This document shows positions 38,951 to 52,158 of a stretch of 60,000 nt of DNA, in pieces. The DNA is taken from contig OZ076409.1 in assembly GCA_964187785.1 (NCBI GenBank), forward strand, positions 64,482,001-64,542,000. The letters are read 5' to 3'. The DNA is from Amphiscolops sp. MND2022. Its lineage: Eukaryota. The translations under genes were made by a program, and so were the position numbers. Below the pieces are notes generated by a model. That model saw only the letters and a list, made by a program, of their open reading frames with translations, did no database searches and was not told the origin of the DNA. Numbering within the stretch: position 1 is the first letter of the stretch; the number at the start of each line of letters is the position of its first letter.

Positions 38951-39203
38951 GTTATTGTCCGCCCCCACAATTTATTGCGTAGGGGAGGAAAATCATAATC
39001 TGTGTTGCATTTTTTTCCAAAGTCTGCCAAATCTCCACAATCTCCATGTTGGTTGCTCTCTCAGTCAGTTGCTCTCTGAGGTACGATAGCTCAGTTGGTA
39101 GTGCATCTGCCTATCAATCAGTAGATAGTGGGTTCGAATCTCGCCTTCGCCTAATTTTTTTGACAAGGCGGAAAATATCCCGGTGTTTAGCAGGCGTCTT
39201 GTT
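38951..39203 (+). mobile_element. HINE-like family 3 with tRNA-derived module
   Basis: Close inverted copy of 32965-33213; A box 39087, B box 39131, then a T-run. Confidence 0.7.
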
Positions 39204-39503
39204 TCTATAGAAGGGACGTCAATTTATCTTATCAATCAATCTTCCAAAGAGCCAATCGGGTCATCTTTAAAATGTTTGTTTCGTTGAAACGGATATGAGG
39301 GATTAAAAACGTTATCTTTTACTAACGAGCAGTAGAAGTTTGGGCTGTGAAAAAAACGGAAACACTTTATTCAGACGGAAACCCAAGATTACCCGCGTAC
39401 AGTAAAAGACGAACAAAAAATAATGACGGAGATACTCAATATATACAGAATGAGCCACTGTTTTTAAAAACTCAAAAATTACGATTTGTAGTCGAAAGCA
39501 GTA

Positions 39504-39676
39504 CAGTGGAAGCCACTTATACGGGACGCCTCGGGACCAGGTAATCTAGTCTACAATATCTGTTGTCTCTCTTATCAGTAGTACAATAATTTGCTTTATT
39601 TCAGCGGGGACCGAAAGATGTGTGCCAATTAAGCGTTGTCTCTTATACGCGTGTCCCGTTCAAGCGGCTTCCACTG
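39504..39676. mobile_element. Tc1/mariner (pogo-like) MITE
   Basis: TA|CAGTGGAAGCCACTT ... AAGCGGCTTCCACTG; right flank occupied by a HINE. Confidence 0.7.
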
Positions 39677-40350
39677 TTTTTTAGTCGGCGCTTCATGAAG
39701 TGAAACGCGACTATTATAGTGACTCTTTTTTTTCTATCCACACGAACTGACCAAAATAGTTCTTAAAAGTTTTACAAAATATTATGGTGTCAAATTGCAC
39801 CATTTGGCCTAGCGAACTGGACCAAAATGGTTTTACCTGTTTTTCCGCGTAACATACCATACCGGGAGAGACCAAAGAGTCCCCCCTTTCAATTTTTTTC
39901 GGCACTGCGAGACATTTTTTTTCGGAATTTTTTTTTCGAATTTTTTTTCCTCAAAGGGTCCCCCCTGCATTTTTTTGATGTTTTGCGACAGAATGGATGT
40001 TGGAAAATCCCAAAGGGTTCCTCCTTTCAGTTTTTTTCGGCATTGTGAGATTTTTTCCCGAAAATAAAAAAAAAATTTTTTTCAATTTTTTCATGCTTTG
40101 CGACAGAATGGATGTTGAAAAACCTCAAAGGGTCCCCCCTTTCAGTTTTTCGGCATTGTGAGACGTTAGCGCGCCAGGGGCTCGCGCTAGCGAGCCCCGG
40201 CGCGCCACTCGGTCCAATTTTTTTAGTATGTAATTTTTTCAAAAAATTTTCGATTTTCGACTTCTGTAAAAGAATACTTGACACTTGGAAGTCTTTTTGC
40301 TATTTTTGAGCCTTGGATATGGCGCCGACTTGGGCCGGTCCCGGCTTGTT
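39677..40350 (+). mobile_element. HINE family 1
   Basis: Family 1 termini, internal AAAGGGTCCCCC subrepeats. Confidence 0.8.
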
Positions 40351-41182
40351 TAATATTACAATGTGAAACATTCTCTAGTCTGGGAAAACTCCACGATGAT
40401 CTCACGATGAAAATAATCAGCTTGAGGCTTATCAATTTGCTGCAAAACTTTATAGGGAAACCATTCTTTGTTTTGGTCAATACTTGCAAGTTTTCGAAGA
40501 GGCCGTTATTCGAATACGGAAAGATAGTAAGTCTAGAAGCGAGAAAATTTTGCGCACAAACGACAGTTTTGTTGAGTTGATTGCTGGCCAAGAAAAACAT
40601 TACTATCCAAAGCATTGTCGCCTCAAAATCAGGATTTTCAAATCGGGAATTCAAAAGCGTAAAATTAACGAAAAAAGCGTGCAGTCGTCCACTTGAATGA
40701 ATTCACATGTCAAAAACTTTTGATTAAGCTCTAAGAAGGGATTAAGTGAAACAAATTTGAGAAAAGCTATCTTTCAATTCGTCGAAAAGTGACTTTTCGC
40801 TGCTATCAATAAAACTCGAAAGTGTGGGCCACGTTGAGTTGCCAAAAAATCCAGTTATATCATTTGACAGAATAATTGGAGAGAGAAACCAACAAAACAA
40901 ATTGAGTGGAAAATACTTTCGAATGTTTTTTAAATTAGTATTATTTGGGCATTTATTGCCACATTTGGACTATCAACCCTCAACAATAACAATACGCGAA
41001 AATTGGCCCCGCTTAAATAATTCAAAGCATATTGAAAAAATTAGAAAATCCTTTGCCATAGTAAAAAAAATTTGATATTGAAGAAGAAATGGCGAAAAAC
41101 TGGACGATATTTTCATTTTTAAAAAATTTCCTCGGTCGTAAAAACTACAAAACTCGAGCTTTTGGTTAATTCGGAATCTCAC

Positions 41183-41434
41183 CCCCATCCTCGTCTGCGG
41201 AATAATCGTCGAAGAGGTCGGATGAGTCATCGAAGTCTTCGTGTCCACTTAAGGAGTCCAGTATTTTGGCGCTCTTGCCCCCGGTGCCGGACCTGTCGTT
41301 ACCCAGAGATCCCTTTTTGTCCGGGCCCCCCACGGAGCTGCGACCGAGGGAATTGGTCTTCGATGAGCTGGCCGTGCTGCCTCCTTTCTCTCCTGTCGAG
41401 TGTGCCGAGTGCGAAAATAACTGCTTGATCTTCC
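41183..41434 (-). CDS. TMCC/TEX28-like gene, exon (KIKQLFSHS...DEDG)
   Basis: tttag acceptor, gtgag donor, 252 bp, phase 1-1, open. Confidence 0.85.
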
Positions 41435-42609
41435 CTAAACATGTGAGAGTCATTAATAAAGGTTGGATAGCCATGGTAGTAAGAATTCAGGCCTGAAAAC
41501 GGACTGAGAAATGCAGCTATTTTGATTTATGAAATATCAGTAGATGTTCCGTTGAAATAGCTTCGAAGCGCTATAGCAACTTCAAGTAATGCATTTTTCT
41601 CAATGTGGGAAAACTGTCCAGTTTGTAGAACGACGTTTTGCCGTTCTTAACTTTGAGACATCTTTGAAAGACGGATTTCATGCCTATGATTGTGAACAGA
41701 TTGTTGAAAAATAATTTGCGACATGACGTTTTTCAAGGTCGGGCTTTTTTTCAAAACCAGCCGCTAGACCAGTAATGGCACGTCGCCCCGCTTCGCTTCG
41801 TTCCTGCTTTTAGGTCTTTAGATGCACGTGACCGTTGCAGATCACGATTGCCTTCTTTGGAAGTTTCTTAATATCAACACTTTTGGGTGCGATTTCTTTG
41901 GACGTTAGTTACATATCCCCAATCAAGTTTCGCACAAATAATTAGATGAATTTTCAAAATGAATTCAAATTAGATGAAAATTTCAAAAAACGAACGGGAA
42001 CCTTTGAGAATACAAGTTCATTTGATGCATGGTTCACACTTTCATGTCAAATTAAGTTGTCACAAAAGTGCAGATTCTAGTAGTTTCAAATTCTAGATGA
42101 GTTCTGGAAAAATGGTTCCATTGAACAAGAATTACAGAATTGAGATCAATTTGAAAGACAATATTGCAACAACGGATTATTTATGACAGACTCAATAATG
42201 AAACAACTCAAAACAGCTTATTAGATTAAACTTTACAATCTTTTCGAATCATCTTAAATTGTGTCTTTCATTTATCATTAACACCACTTCCCTAAAATAG
42301 CGGTCATAAATTAGCTCGGAAACTTGACATATTAAATGCTTTTTTTTTATTAAATCGAAGACACTTTGAACCAATATTTAAATCAATCTTGCTTATTTTC
42401 AATCTGTAGAAACGATGAAGTCAAATATAAATGAATGCAATTCATGACTATCGTGTGAGAAAGAAACGCAAAAATATCAAGTAACAAGAATATTTAAATT
42501 TCCAGACGTTGTATCTTTAGTTGAATTAGGCATAATACGAAAAAAAACTCCCAGTTTTTGTGGAAACTCACAGTTACGTTTTATTGATTAGATTTATATT
42601 TATGTTTAA

Positions 42610-43163
42610 CCCTAGTTGACGTGGGCATTTTTGCAAATTTTCAAAAAATCTGAACAAAAAGTTTAAATCATTAACATCTCCACAACTACGCGTACCAAAG
42701 AAACGAACTAGAGAGCGTTTGAAAGGTCTGGTATTGAGCTTTCATTTTGGTCAGGTGACCCCCTGTCGCCGCGCGCCCCCTCCTTCAGAATTTTAGTTTC
42801 TTTTTCCGGTACCGCCGCTCCGCGGGGGCTTGTAGTAACAACAGGAAATTATTGGGGTTTGTTGCACAAAGACTTGTTGTGGAAGGGTATGTGGTTGGTT
42901 TTTTCTATTGATCGAACTCTTGAGAAAACTAGATTTCGCCAAAAACTGGATTTTGGAAAGTTAACAATTTTTTGGGCAAAAAAACACATTTTCCTCAGCT
43001 GTGGAGACATTCACTTTTCTAATGCTTAGGCCTTTCAAATCAATCTAGGTGCCAATGAATTGTTGAAAAAAAACTGTGCTAGAGAATATGGGCTACTGGC
43101 AGAAGAAATCCGAAAGTGGAAAACAGGTAGGCTTCTTTAAAGTACCACTAGGTTCATTTAGGG
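42610..43163. mobile_element. piggyBac-type non-autonomous element
   Basis: TTAA|CCCTAGTTGA ... TCATTTAGGG|TTAA. Confidence 0.55.
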
Positions 43164-43165
43164 TT

Positions 43166-43942
43166 AACAAGACGAGAACGTCTAAAGTCGGCGCCATATC
43201 TAAGGCTCAAAAAGCGCAAAAGACTTTTTTTGAAAAAAAAACTTGAAATTTTTTTTTCGAAATTTTATCGAATTTTTTTTTCGAAAAACCAAAAAAATGG
43301 ACTGAGTGGCGCGCCGGGGCCCGCTAGCGCGAGCCCCTGGCGCGCTAAAAGAGGGACACTTCCGAAATTGTCAACATTTTTGTTGCAGTTGAAGGAGGAA
43401 CCCTTTGGAGAAAAAACAAATTTTCGAAAAAAAGTCTCACAATGCCGAAAAACTGAAAGGGGGGACCCTTTGGGATTTTTAAACACCCAATGTGTTGTAA
43501 AATATCAAAGAAATTGAAGGGGGACCCTTTGGAGAGAAAATAATTTTCGGAAAAAATCTCACAGTGCCGAAAAAAACTGAAAGGGGGGACCCTTTGGAAT
43601 TTTCCAACATCCATTTTGTCGCAAAACAGCAAAAAATTGAAGGGGGACCCTTTGGAGACAAAAAAAATTTCGAAAAAAAGTCGCACAGTGCCGAAAAAAA
43701 CTCAAAGGGGGGACCCTATTGTCTCGTCAGGTTTTGTATCTTACGATAAAAATGGAGTAACTGAAAGGGGGGACCCTTTGCACTATCTTAAATACGCTCC
43801 CCGTTTGCCGATCCAGTACTTTAGTTTAGTAGTTCTGTTCTGTAAAAAGTGTCCACTACGCTTACATTCTGTTATCTGACGAAAAAAAACTAGCCACTGT
43901 AATAGTCGGGCTCATTTTCTTCTAAAATGCGCCGACTAAAAA
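43166..43942 (-). mobile_element. HINE family 1 with expanded internal subrepeats
   Basis: Family 1 termini; at least six GAAGGGGGACCCT-type units. Confidence 0.8.
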
Positions 43943-44014
43943 CGGGTTCATGACACTTCTAACCAGCTATTTGACAAAAACTGGAGGATATCAATAATAA
44001 TGAACATAATTTAC

Positions 44015-44261
44015 CGGCAAACTTCTTTCTACCCGCCTCAGGAGTCTTGACATTTTTCAGGTCGAGACAACTTCCCGACCTCGGCGAACAGTGAACTATG
44101 TCTGGGTCACTAAGTCGGAACTCTGGACTAAGGAAGTGTGATTTGGCCGAGGAGGTTCTATGGAAGTTCATGTGGGGCGGCATAGGGGGCGAAAGATACC
44201 CATGAGGATAACCTTGGATTTTCTTTGACCCCACTCCTTCGGCCGTCGAATGGTCAAACAT
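44015..44261 (-). CDS. TMCC/TEX28-like gene, first coding exon (MFDHSTAEG...RKKFAG)
   Basis: ATG with in-frame upstream stop; phase-1 donor G|GTAAAT joins in frame to exon 41183-41434. Confidence 0.7.
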
Positions 44262-47200
44262 AATGCCGAGTAAAAAGGTAGATTTTCAAGTTATATTCAG
44301 ACAATAACAGGGAGGGAAGGATAGTCCACTGGAAGAACAAGACATAGATTCCATGGAGTAATCCGAAGGAGATTTATGATAACCGAGAGTAATCCAGGGT
44401 GGCTATTGATGAGTGGTTGGTTCTTCAAAGAACAAAAAGGAAAATGAAGCAAACTCCACAAGACCAGGTTGGGGATCCGTTAAATAATTTGACAATTACT
44501 AGTCGACAAGTTTAGAAGGTACAATCGTGTATGTTGAAGAAACAATCATCCTAGTGGAAATTGCTGAATTCAATATATAATCATTCAATGCTCATTGAAA
44601 GATTATCTTGTTTCTAGCAACTTCGAGATACTTTGTAACGTTAGGGATAAGATGGAGCTCATTTCCATTCCATGGAAGATGAATTAAAACTGGTCTGTTT
44701 TTCAATAGAGAACCTAATGATTATCACAAGGGGTCTATAAATATGGATTCTCATTTGAAATGGTAATTCGCTTTTCTATCATGACTTATCGAATAATTAA
44801 ATAGTTAGTTAAGAGTTAACGTGGTAAATATTCACAGCTTCGAAAATGAATTTTGGGGCCAATGGCTCTGAAAAAAAACTGATTCCGACGCCAGGTAAGT
44901 ATCCCATAGTACAGCGATTGCACGTTCACCGCTCGTCTAGCGGGCGGAACGTACGACGTAGAGTTGCCGAGGGCACCGGCTTCGACACTGATTAGCTTTA
45001 GAGTCTCTTTTAGTTTTCGGAGCTACGAATACGAACCGTCAACGTAATTTTGAAGAAAAACAAAATGAATTCAAATTTAACCGTGTTTGCAGTTTGGATT
45101 AAATCGATGTAATCGATGCATGAGATCTCTTGTCAAGCAAAATTAATAAACATTGACCGCAAAACTAAATTAGTGAAGATGACACGTTTTAGCTGATATT
45201 TTAACCAACAAAACGAATTGAATTGTGGCGCTTTGCAGCAGCAAGCCGAAACTTTAATTGAAGTCACGGAGAAAAACCACAAGAAAAAAGTCATCAGTAA
45301 CTTCAAAGCCTCGGAAAAACTCGAAGAATCGGCGGTAAGTGCGAAAAATGTACGATGTCTATAATTTACAGAATCTACGTTGAATATGTTAATTAAAATT
45401 CTTGTCCTTTTCCGAGTCAAAAATTGGTATAAAAAATTGTTTTCAAAATAGGTATAAATAAGCGTAATAGACAACTTTCAAGTTATTATGGTTGGAAATG
45501 TTCAATGGTGTAATATGGGGAGGGGGCTGATCGCTTGCTCCACTTTTTTCTATTTTTAGGTTTGCTATGTACCTCCGTGGTGTTAAGCGGGTAATGGTTT
45601 TTATCTGATTTGTGTGAATTCAAGAGATACTAGAGATTGGTAGAAGAAATTTAGAGGGGAATAAATCAAGTAAAGATGGTATTAATTAGAAGATCCTCTG
45701 AAGTCACCTCCCACTGCAAAAAACGCATCGAAATCAACTGACAAAGCGATGAATGAATATATTTCAATGTTTTAAATTGCTTCTCAGTTCCGAGAAAAAA
45801 TCCAATTTAACAACTTTCTCCTAAAAGGGAGCCCATTTTATCAAATACGCGCTTGTTTCATACAAAGAATACAAAGAAAACCGATTCGCTTGAAGGAACG
45901 AGTAACATGAATCGATAACGTTTGCAAATGATATTATTTCCGTATCAGAAAACTCAAATAAGAAATGACAACATTTTACAAATCACTGTGGTCCTCCACA
46001 GTCAGATAATTAAGGCACTCAGTGCGCGTCCCGTATGACCAGCCCCTCATCAGATAGTTACTGTATCTGTCACCCACCCGTAATTGAACCCAACAAAAGC
46101 ACAAAAGAGTGGGGCATCACGTGAACAAAAAGAAGACACAAGGTTTGATTGCACTTTAAGTACAGTAAAGTCGAGTCAGTAAAGAATCAGAGGTCTTTTA
46201 TAAAATTCTACAAAAGCCATCACTATCACAGTAGGTTGAGGAATACAGGCATTGAGAACTCACAAAAAGAAAAATAAACTTTGGTTACAGTATTACAGTT
46301 TTATGTACAGGCCAACTGATATATGTATACGTATGCCAAGCACACCTAAACCCGTTACAAACAACCACGAGGGGCCGTGTTCAGGTTTTGAAGCGTTTCG
46401 AGACTCAACTTCACATACAAGATTGATAAATTTCCTAAGAACTAAATCAGATCGAATGAAAGTTCTTTCGATTATTTGGAAGAACTTTTTCGTCTTAAAC
46501 TTTCATTTATATAATTCACAGTCAAAACAGCGAGTGCTTCTCTTCCTATTATAATAGAACAAACTTCTTGCAAACAGAAATCGAATTAAAACAAAACAAG
46601 CCTCCTGGATCGGCATAAGTCGGTGCGCCACTTAAGGCTCAAAAAGTGTGAAGTACTTCAAATCTCAGAGTGCCGAAAATACTCTAAAATAATCTTTGGA
46701 AACAAAAAGGCACTTTCCCCTCAAGAAATATCAAAGAAATCAAAGCGGAGCGGGGATTCTCTTGTGAAATAAAAAAAATAAAAAGTCGCACAGTGCCGAA
46801 AAGCCTACTTACAGTTTTGCTCCTACTTAGAGCCTAATTCCAAAAAAAAATGTCAAAAATGTTGGACCCTTGAATTCCTTGTAGCCCTCTTTAAATCTTG
46901 GGCTCGCTTTAGAACTTCTGTAGATATTTTTGGTAACTATGAAAGGATTGAAGATGGTATCGTTTTATTGCAAAAAGCACCACGTAAAAATACCGAAACT
47001 CTCCTGAATACTGCTAGCAGGCGAATCAAGACTGCAGCATTAGGTGTAGTAAATGAATCGGCAAGTCAATTAGTCTAATTAATTAGACACACCTCAAAGC
47101 ACACGCAGGTTTCTTTAGTGCTAAAAACCTCTTAATGAAACAATAAATTTTAGTAAGTTATAAAAGTGAACTAAACGCTTTAGTGTCCAAACCCCAGAAC

Positions 47201-49996
47201 TAAAACATCTCAAATTTCACTTTGAAGACGGAATTGTAACCGTAAGCAGAAAGAACCGATAAAAAGTATTTTCTAATCGCTTTTTCAATTTCGTCTTCAA
47301 ACCACTCGCTCGAGAGAAAACTCGCTTAAAGTTCAAACTAATATCAAATGACCACGAAAAAGCTTGCAAAAACAAATCTCGAAATAATTCGCAGTGTAAA
47401 GGCGTTCAATTTTTGCTGCCTTAATTATTATTCAGTTTCAGCAATTTCGTGTACCATTATAGATAGTATACTATATAAGGTAAGAACGAAGGAAATGCTT
47501 AAAAATTAGAAGGGAAATAAAGAATTGGGGTAAAGCAAAAACACGGAACAATCCTTCAGTCATTCCATCATGTATGCAGTAAAATAGTAAGAACGGAAAG
47601 GAATGAAAAAGCTACAGAAGGAAGTCAGAATTCAGTAAACGATGGCAACGAAAAAAATGAAGAAAACACAATGTTTGTTGAGAAACATCCACCAAGTTGC
47701 GGAAATACAATTTTGTTTGAGCTGTAAAATAGGAGCAAGATTATGAAGATAATTGACAGTTTATAAGAGTTGGATAGATTAAAAATTAAAAGCGAAGATG
47801 AGTAGTAATGAATGGGAATGAAGAGGCAGGAAAAAGTGCGCAATTATTTCACAAACGTGGAAAAGTGGCTAAAAGGGAATGAAGAGTAAAAGGAACATGA
47901 CACACTTGGGGTGAAAACAAGAGTTGAATGGCGGCGAATTGACATTGTCCATGATAAATTGAATATACTTATATGTTATATATGTATTTTAATGTATATG
48001 CATAGACTTCATGTAATATAAGTTGGTATGTGTTGGTGCAAAATGCTGCTCTTTCAACGGTGCGGACGAGAACCGCCGGGAATTGACCAACTCAGCGACA
48101 ACGAATGTACTTGGCAACGTGCAGGCGCATTACTTTCATTGCCCCAACAAGTTGCAAAGGGAAATAAGAGGGGGGGGGGGGGTAATGAGCGTGAACAACA
48201 GTGTCGTCAAGAGGCTGTTGTCTGTCCCTTATTATTTTTTTCGCGGTTATGGAGCCGGCCGGTATTGGTTACACAATTACGTCGTACGTACACGTAAATG
48301 TAAACGTAAATGAGGCTTGTGCAAAATCAGCTTGTAGTTAAATCTAAATCCGGCATAACGAGTGTTTATAAATATAAATAATTTACAAGCCAGCGCCGAC
48401 CGACGAGCGAAGGCAGAGCTGACGAGGAACTGAGGACCAGACAAACGAGTAGTTCCAGTTCAAACTGGAACAGGTCGGCAATGTACGTGCAAAGACTGGA
48501 ACTGGAAGGCTGAAAGGAGCAATCCAGCACGCTGGAACAAGTCGCGAATGCGGCACAATTCACTTTCCCTTCATCCAGAGTCGGTTTGTGAATAACGCTA
48601 TTCCTGCGACAATACAAGGCACCTATTACAGAATAGTCCCATTTCTCGCACACCGTGTTTGGAAATTTTTAGGAAGTACAGACTACCCTCACCTTTTCGG
48701 TGTTTTTTCCTGGTACCGGATACTTCCTTCCCAATTCACAAACTTTTTCCCTCCACCCGGACAGGAAATTCCAGCTACGAAAAGAACACGACTGCTGGTT
48801 GCGTGAACGATTTATAGCGACACAAAGGCAAAAGTACTTATTTCCATAAATCACGACTATTGAATGGAAAGTAATAACTACTACTGACGGCACCACCGAA
48901 AATTATAGGAAAACGATTTGAACACCTCGGAATTGATTTTGCAACAGCTTTTAATAAAGTCAGAAGACTAAACTTGGACAAAACATGGTAGTTATGGTAC
49001 AAAATTTGATTCCCAAGTTAACATTCAACAAATTGCTTTTGATTCAATCCGTTTATTGCGAAATTCTTCAGGAAGGTATTGCAACTTTAACTTGTTTCTG
49101 CAGCAAAAAGCTACTTGGCCACTTTAGCTCTTTTCTTGTTAAGCTTGGAAAGAACAATTTTTGCGTCTTTAACAAAGACAATGCTTATTTTATTGCCATC
49201 GGCAAAATCAGGAAGCCTTTCTATCTTAGTCAAAACACTGCTCTAATGAAATCTAACGTATCTTTGGTAATTCTTCCAAATTTTATTTCGTCTTTTCGCG
49301 CTTCCAGCAAAATCTGATTTCTCAAGGGAGCAGGTTGTTTGACCTTGAGATAGCAAGTGCGCATGTTCAATTAAGTCGTGAGCTCGACCGACACACACGC
49401 AGACTGATAAAACTAAGCGAATTGTCCCAATCAAGAAAGATCCCAGGCTACAAAATGCTGCAACCATGGCATGTTGGTATTCTTGTCACAACACATGGGG
49501 CTTATTCGCACGAGCCTGTTATTAGATCGCGGCTGTAGTTACTATAAATACACCAGACCGGTTTAGAAATAGTTGTTTGGGGGACCAAGCCCTGTTTACA
49601 TGCCATGTACATGTAAGAGCTAATTGATTTGAATCGCAAAAATGTAACAATTTGTGCTATTCAAAAATTGAAAGATTTGGATGAACAAAGAAAGGAGCAT
49701 GTGGTGCGAAGGACGGCGGAGAAATTTTAGACGTACTGTTGCTTCTTACCGTTCCAGGAATCATTTAAGAATTTTTAGCTTTTTTGTCAACCGGAAATGT
49801 GGTCGAAATCAAAAATATGAATGTGAAGGATAAAAGTACTACATGAGCAGTTCCTGCATCAAAGTGACCCTCATTTGTCATTTGTCCAAAAAAACGTTTG
49901 GATCATTTGCTCGGATTACTAGTTATTATGGTTGTTTCCAGGAAGCCCAAAATATTCAGGACAATGAGGGCAATACAATTAATAGTCGCTTCACAG

Positions 49997-50747
49997 CAGA
50001 CACCGCGGTTTTATGCTGGCAGCAGAATCGAGCATAATTAGCATAAACAGCCTCGATGACCAATCAGGGCATAATGACGGCATAAAGTGAGCATAATTCA
50101 GCGAGTACGAGTTTTGCAGCAAAATTAGGCATATTGCTTTCGATTGTTTGTTTGAGGAGTTTCCTTATTTTGGTAAAAACAGCGCGAGGGGCTATTTAGA
50201 TTCAACCCGCGGGTGCGGAAGTGGAGCGAAGTTGTTCGCTGTTAAACAATGTCAAACGTCCACGGAGATCGCAGCTCCCAGACGATTCTTTGACATTTTT
50301 TGAAATTTTTTGGATTGCACCAAAGGGTCTCCCCTTCGTTTATTTGGATATTTTGCAACACAATGGATGTCAAAAAATTCCTAAAGGATCCCCCTTTTAC
50401 ATTTTCCGGCACTGTGACACCGTTCAAAAATCTTATTTTGGATTTTTTTCGGAAATTTTTAGAATTCTCCCAAGAGTCCCCCCTTCAATTTTTCATATTT
50501 TGCAACCAACTGGAGTTCCACAAAGCCCAAAGGGTCCCCCCTTTTACAATTTTCAGCCTTAGATATAGCGCCGACTTTGGCCGTTCTCGGCTTGTTGTTA
50601 TTACAATAAACACTTCGTTGAATTTTGACATAATTCAACTCGAAATTGAAACAAAAAACCATTTGGAAGCAGAGCATAAAATAGCATAATTTGAATTTTG
50701 TGGCAGCATAATCTGTGGCCGCTAGCAGCATAAAATCGCGGTGTCTA
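49997..50747. mobile_element. hAT-type MITE
   Basis: TIR CAGACACCGCGGTTTTATGCTG / CAGCATAAAATCGCGGTGTCTA; 8-bp TSD CTTCACAG; GCATAA subterminal repeats. Confidence 0.85.
50290..50596 (+). mobile_element. HINE family 1, 5'-truncated, inside a hAT-type MITE
   Basis: 3' end GCGCCGACTTTGGCCGTTCTCGGCTTGTT; left boundary approximate. Confidence 0.7.
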
Positions 50748-51700
50748 CTTCACAGCCACATGAACTTTCGATTAAAGCATTAGCACAATTATGCGCAAGA
50801 TCGATCACATAACCAAGTCAGCTGCATAAGCCTATACATTCCAGTAGTATTCCCGAAAAATTCAGATAGTATCATCTTGGATATCATCTTTTACGATGAG
50901 TTTCAGCGATTGGTAAAAACACCAGAAATGGGTTAAAGCAAATCGTCGTTTACAAATTGCGGAACTTTTTGATAAATACTGGGCTCAGCACTTAGATATG
51001 CGATGAAGTAGGAACTGAGCAGTAGCGATTTAGTCGCACAGTGTCAAAAATATCTTAGATCATTCCCACAACTTTTGAGAAAACTCTCATCCGTTCCACG
51101 AGCCAAAACAATAATGAATGAGGTCACCCTTTGGACTTCGAAAAGTTTCATTCTCAAAAAACCTTGAAAAAACAAATCCTTCTCCACATTAAAAAAAATC
51201 TTCGGTAAGTCGCATTGTGCCAAAAAACCGAACGCTCTGTGCTCGGGAAACGCTTTGTTCCTGTTAAAATCCATAAGGGGCACTTTGTTGGAAGATATTT
51301 TTGAAAAGTCGTATGGCGGCGAAAAATCCTGAAATTATTTTTGGTTTAGTGCGAGACTCGAACCCACGGACTCCTACTTCTCATACCTCGCAACAAGGAT
51401 AGGAAATCCGCGTTAACCGCTAGGCCAAAGGGGCAGTGAGAAGCTACTTACACACAGAAATGGTGATTAAAATCTGTCAGGTGAAAAAATCAGTTATAGC
51501 GCAATATTTTCGAACCTCCGTCTCCTCCTTAGAACGCAATTTGCTTCGGGTATAACGTGAATGGTTCGGATAGAGCGCAATATTTTTGAACCCTTACTCC
51601 GCATATAACGTCGAAAAATGGGATATAGCGTTCTGGCTAGGTAAATTAGTCATTACCATATATTTGCTCCATCTGTTCTCCATAAAAGTGGACGGATCAG

Positions 51701-52158
51701 AACTAGCCGGGAACGGAATAAGTCGGCGCCATATCTAAGGCTCAAAAATAGCAAAATGACTTCAAAGTGTGAAGTATTCTTTTACAGTACCGAAAAACCC
51801 AAAAGTTGAAGCGAATTGGCGCTCCGGCGCGCTAAAAGGGGGACCGTTTCGGATTTTTAAAAATCCATTGTTGCGAAACATCAAAAAATTGGAGGGGACC
51901 CTTCGAGGAAAAAAAATTTCGCAAAAAAGTCTCACAAGGACAAAAATTAAAAGGGGGACCCTTTAGTCTCGCCCAATACTGTATATTACGCGGAAAAAAC
52001 AGGAAAAACCTTTTTGGTTCAGTTCGCTAGGCGAAATGGTTCAATTTGACACCATAATATTTCGTAGAACTTTTGGAGAACTATTTTGGTCAGTTCGTTT
52101 GGATTGAAAAAAAAGAGTCACTATAATAGTCGCGTTTCACTTCATGAAGCGCCGACTA
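51701..52158 (-). mobile_element. HINE family 1
   Basis: Family 1 termini; second degenerate hairpin follows to ~52208. Confidence 0.8.

Noticed and set aside
39080..39155. Functional tRNA gene
   Set aside because: Poor acceptor stem, oversized anticodon loop, D-stem mismatch; part of a dispersed repeat.
43230..43879. Many short ORFs with KGDPL/RVPPF-like peptides here and elsewhere
   Set aside because: Translations of non-coding HINE internal repeats.
48366..48806. ORFs near a possible promoter or 5' UTR exon of the minus-strand gene
   Set aside because: No recognisable protein and no evidence to fix a transcription start.
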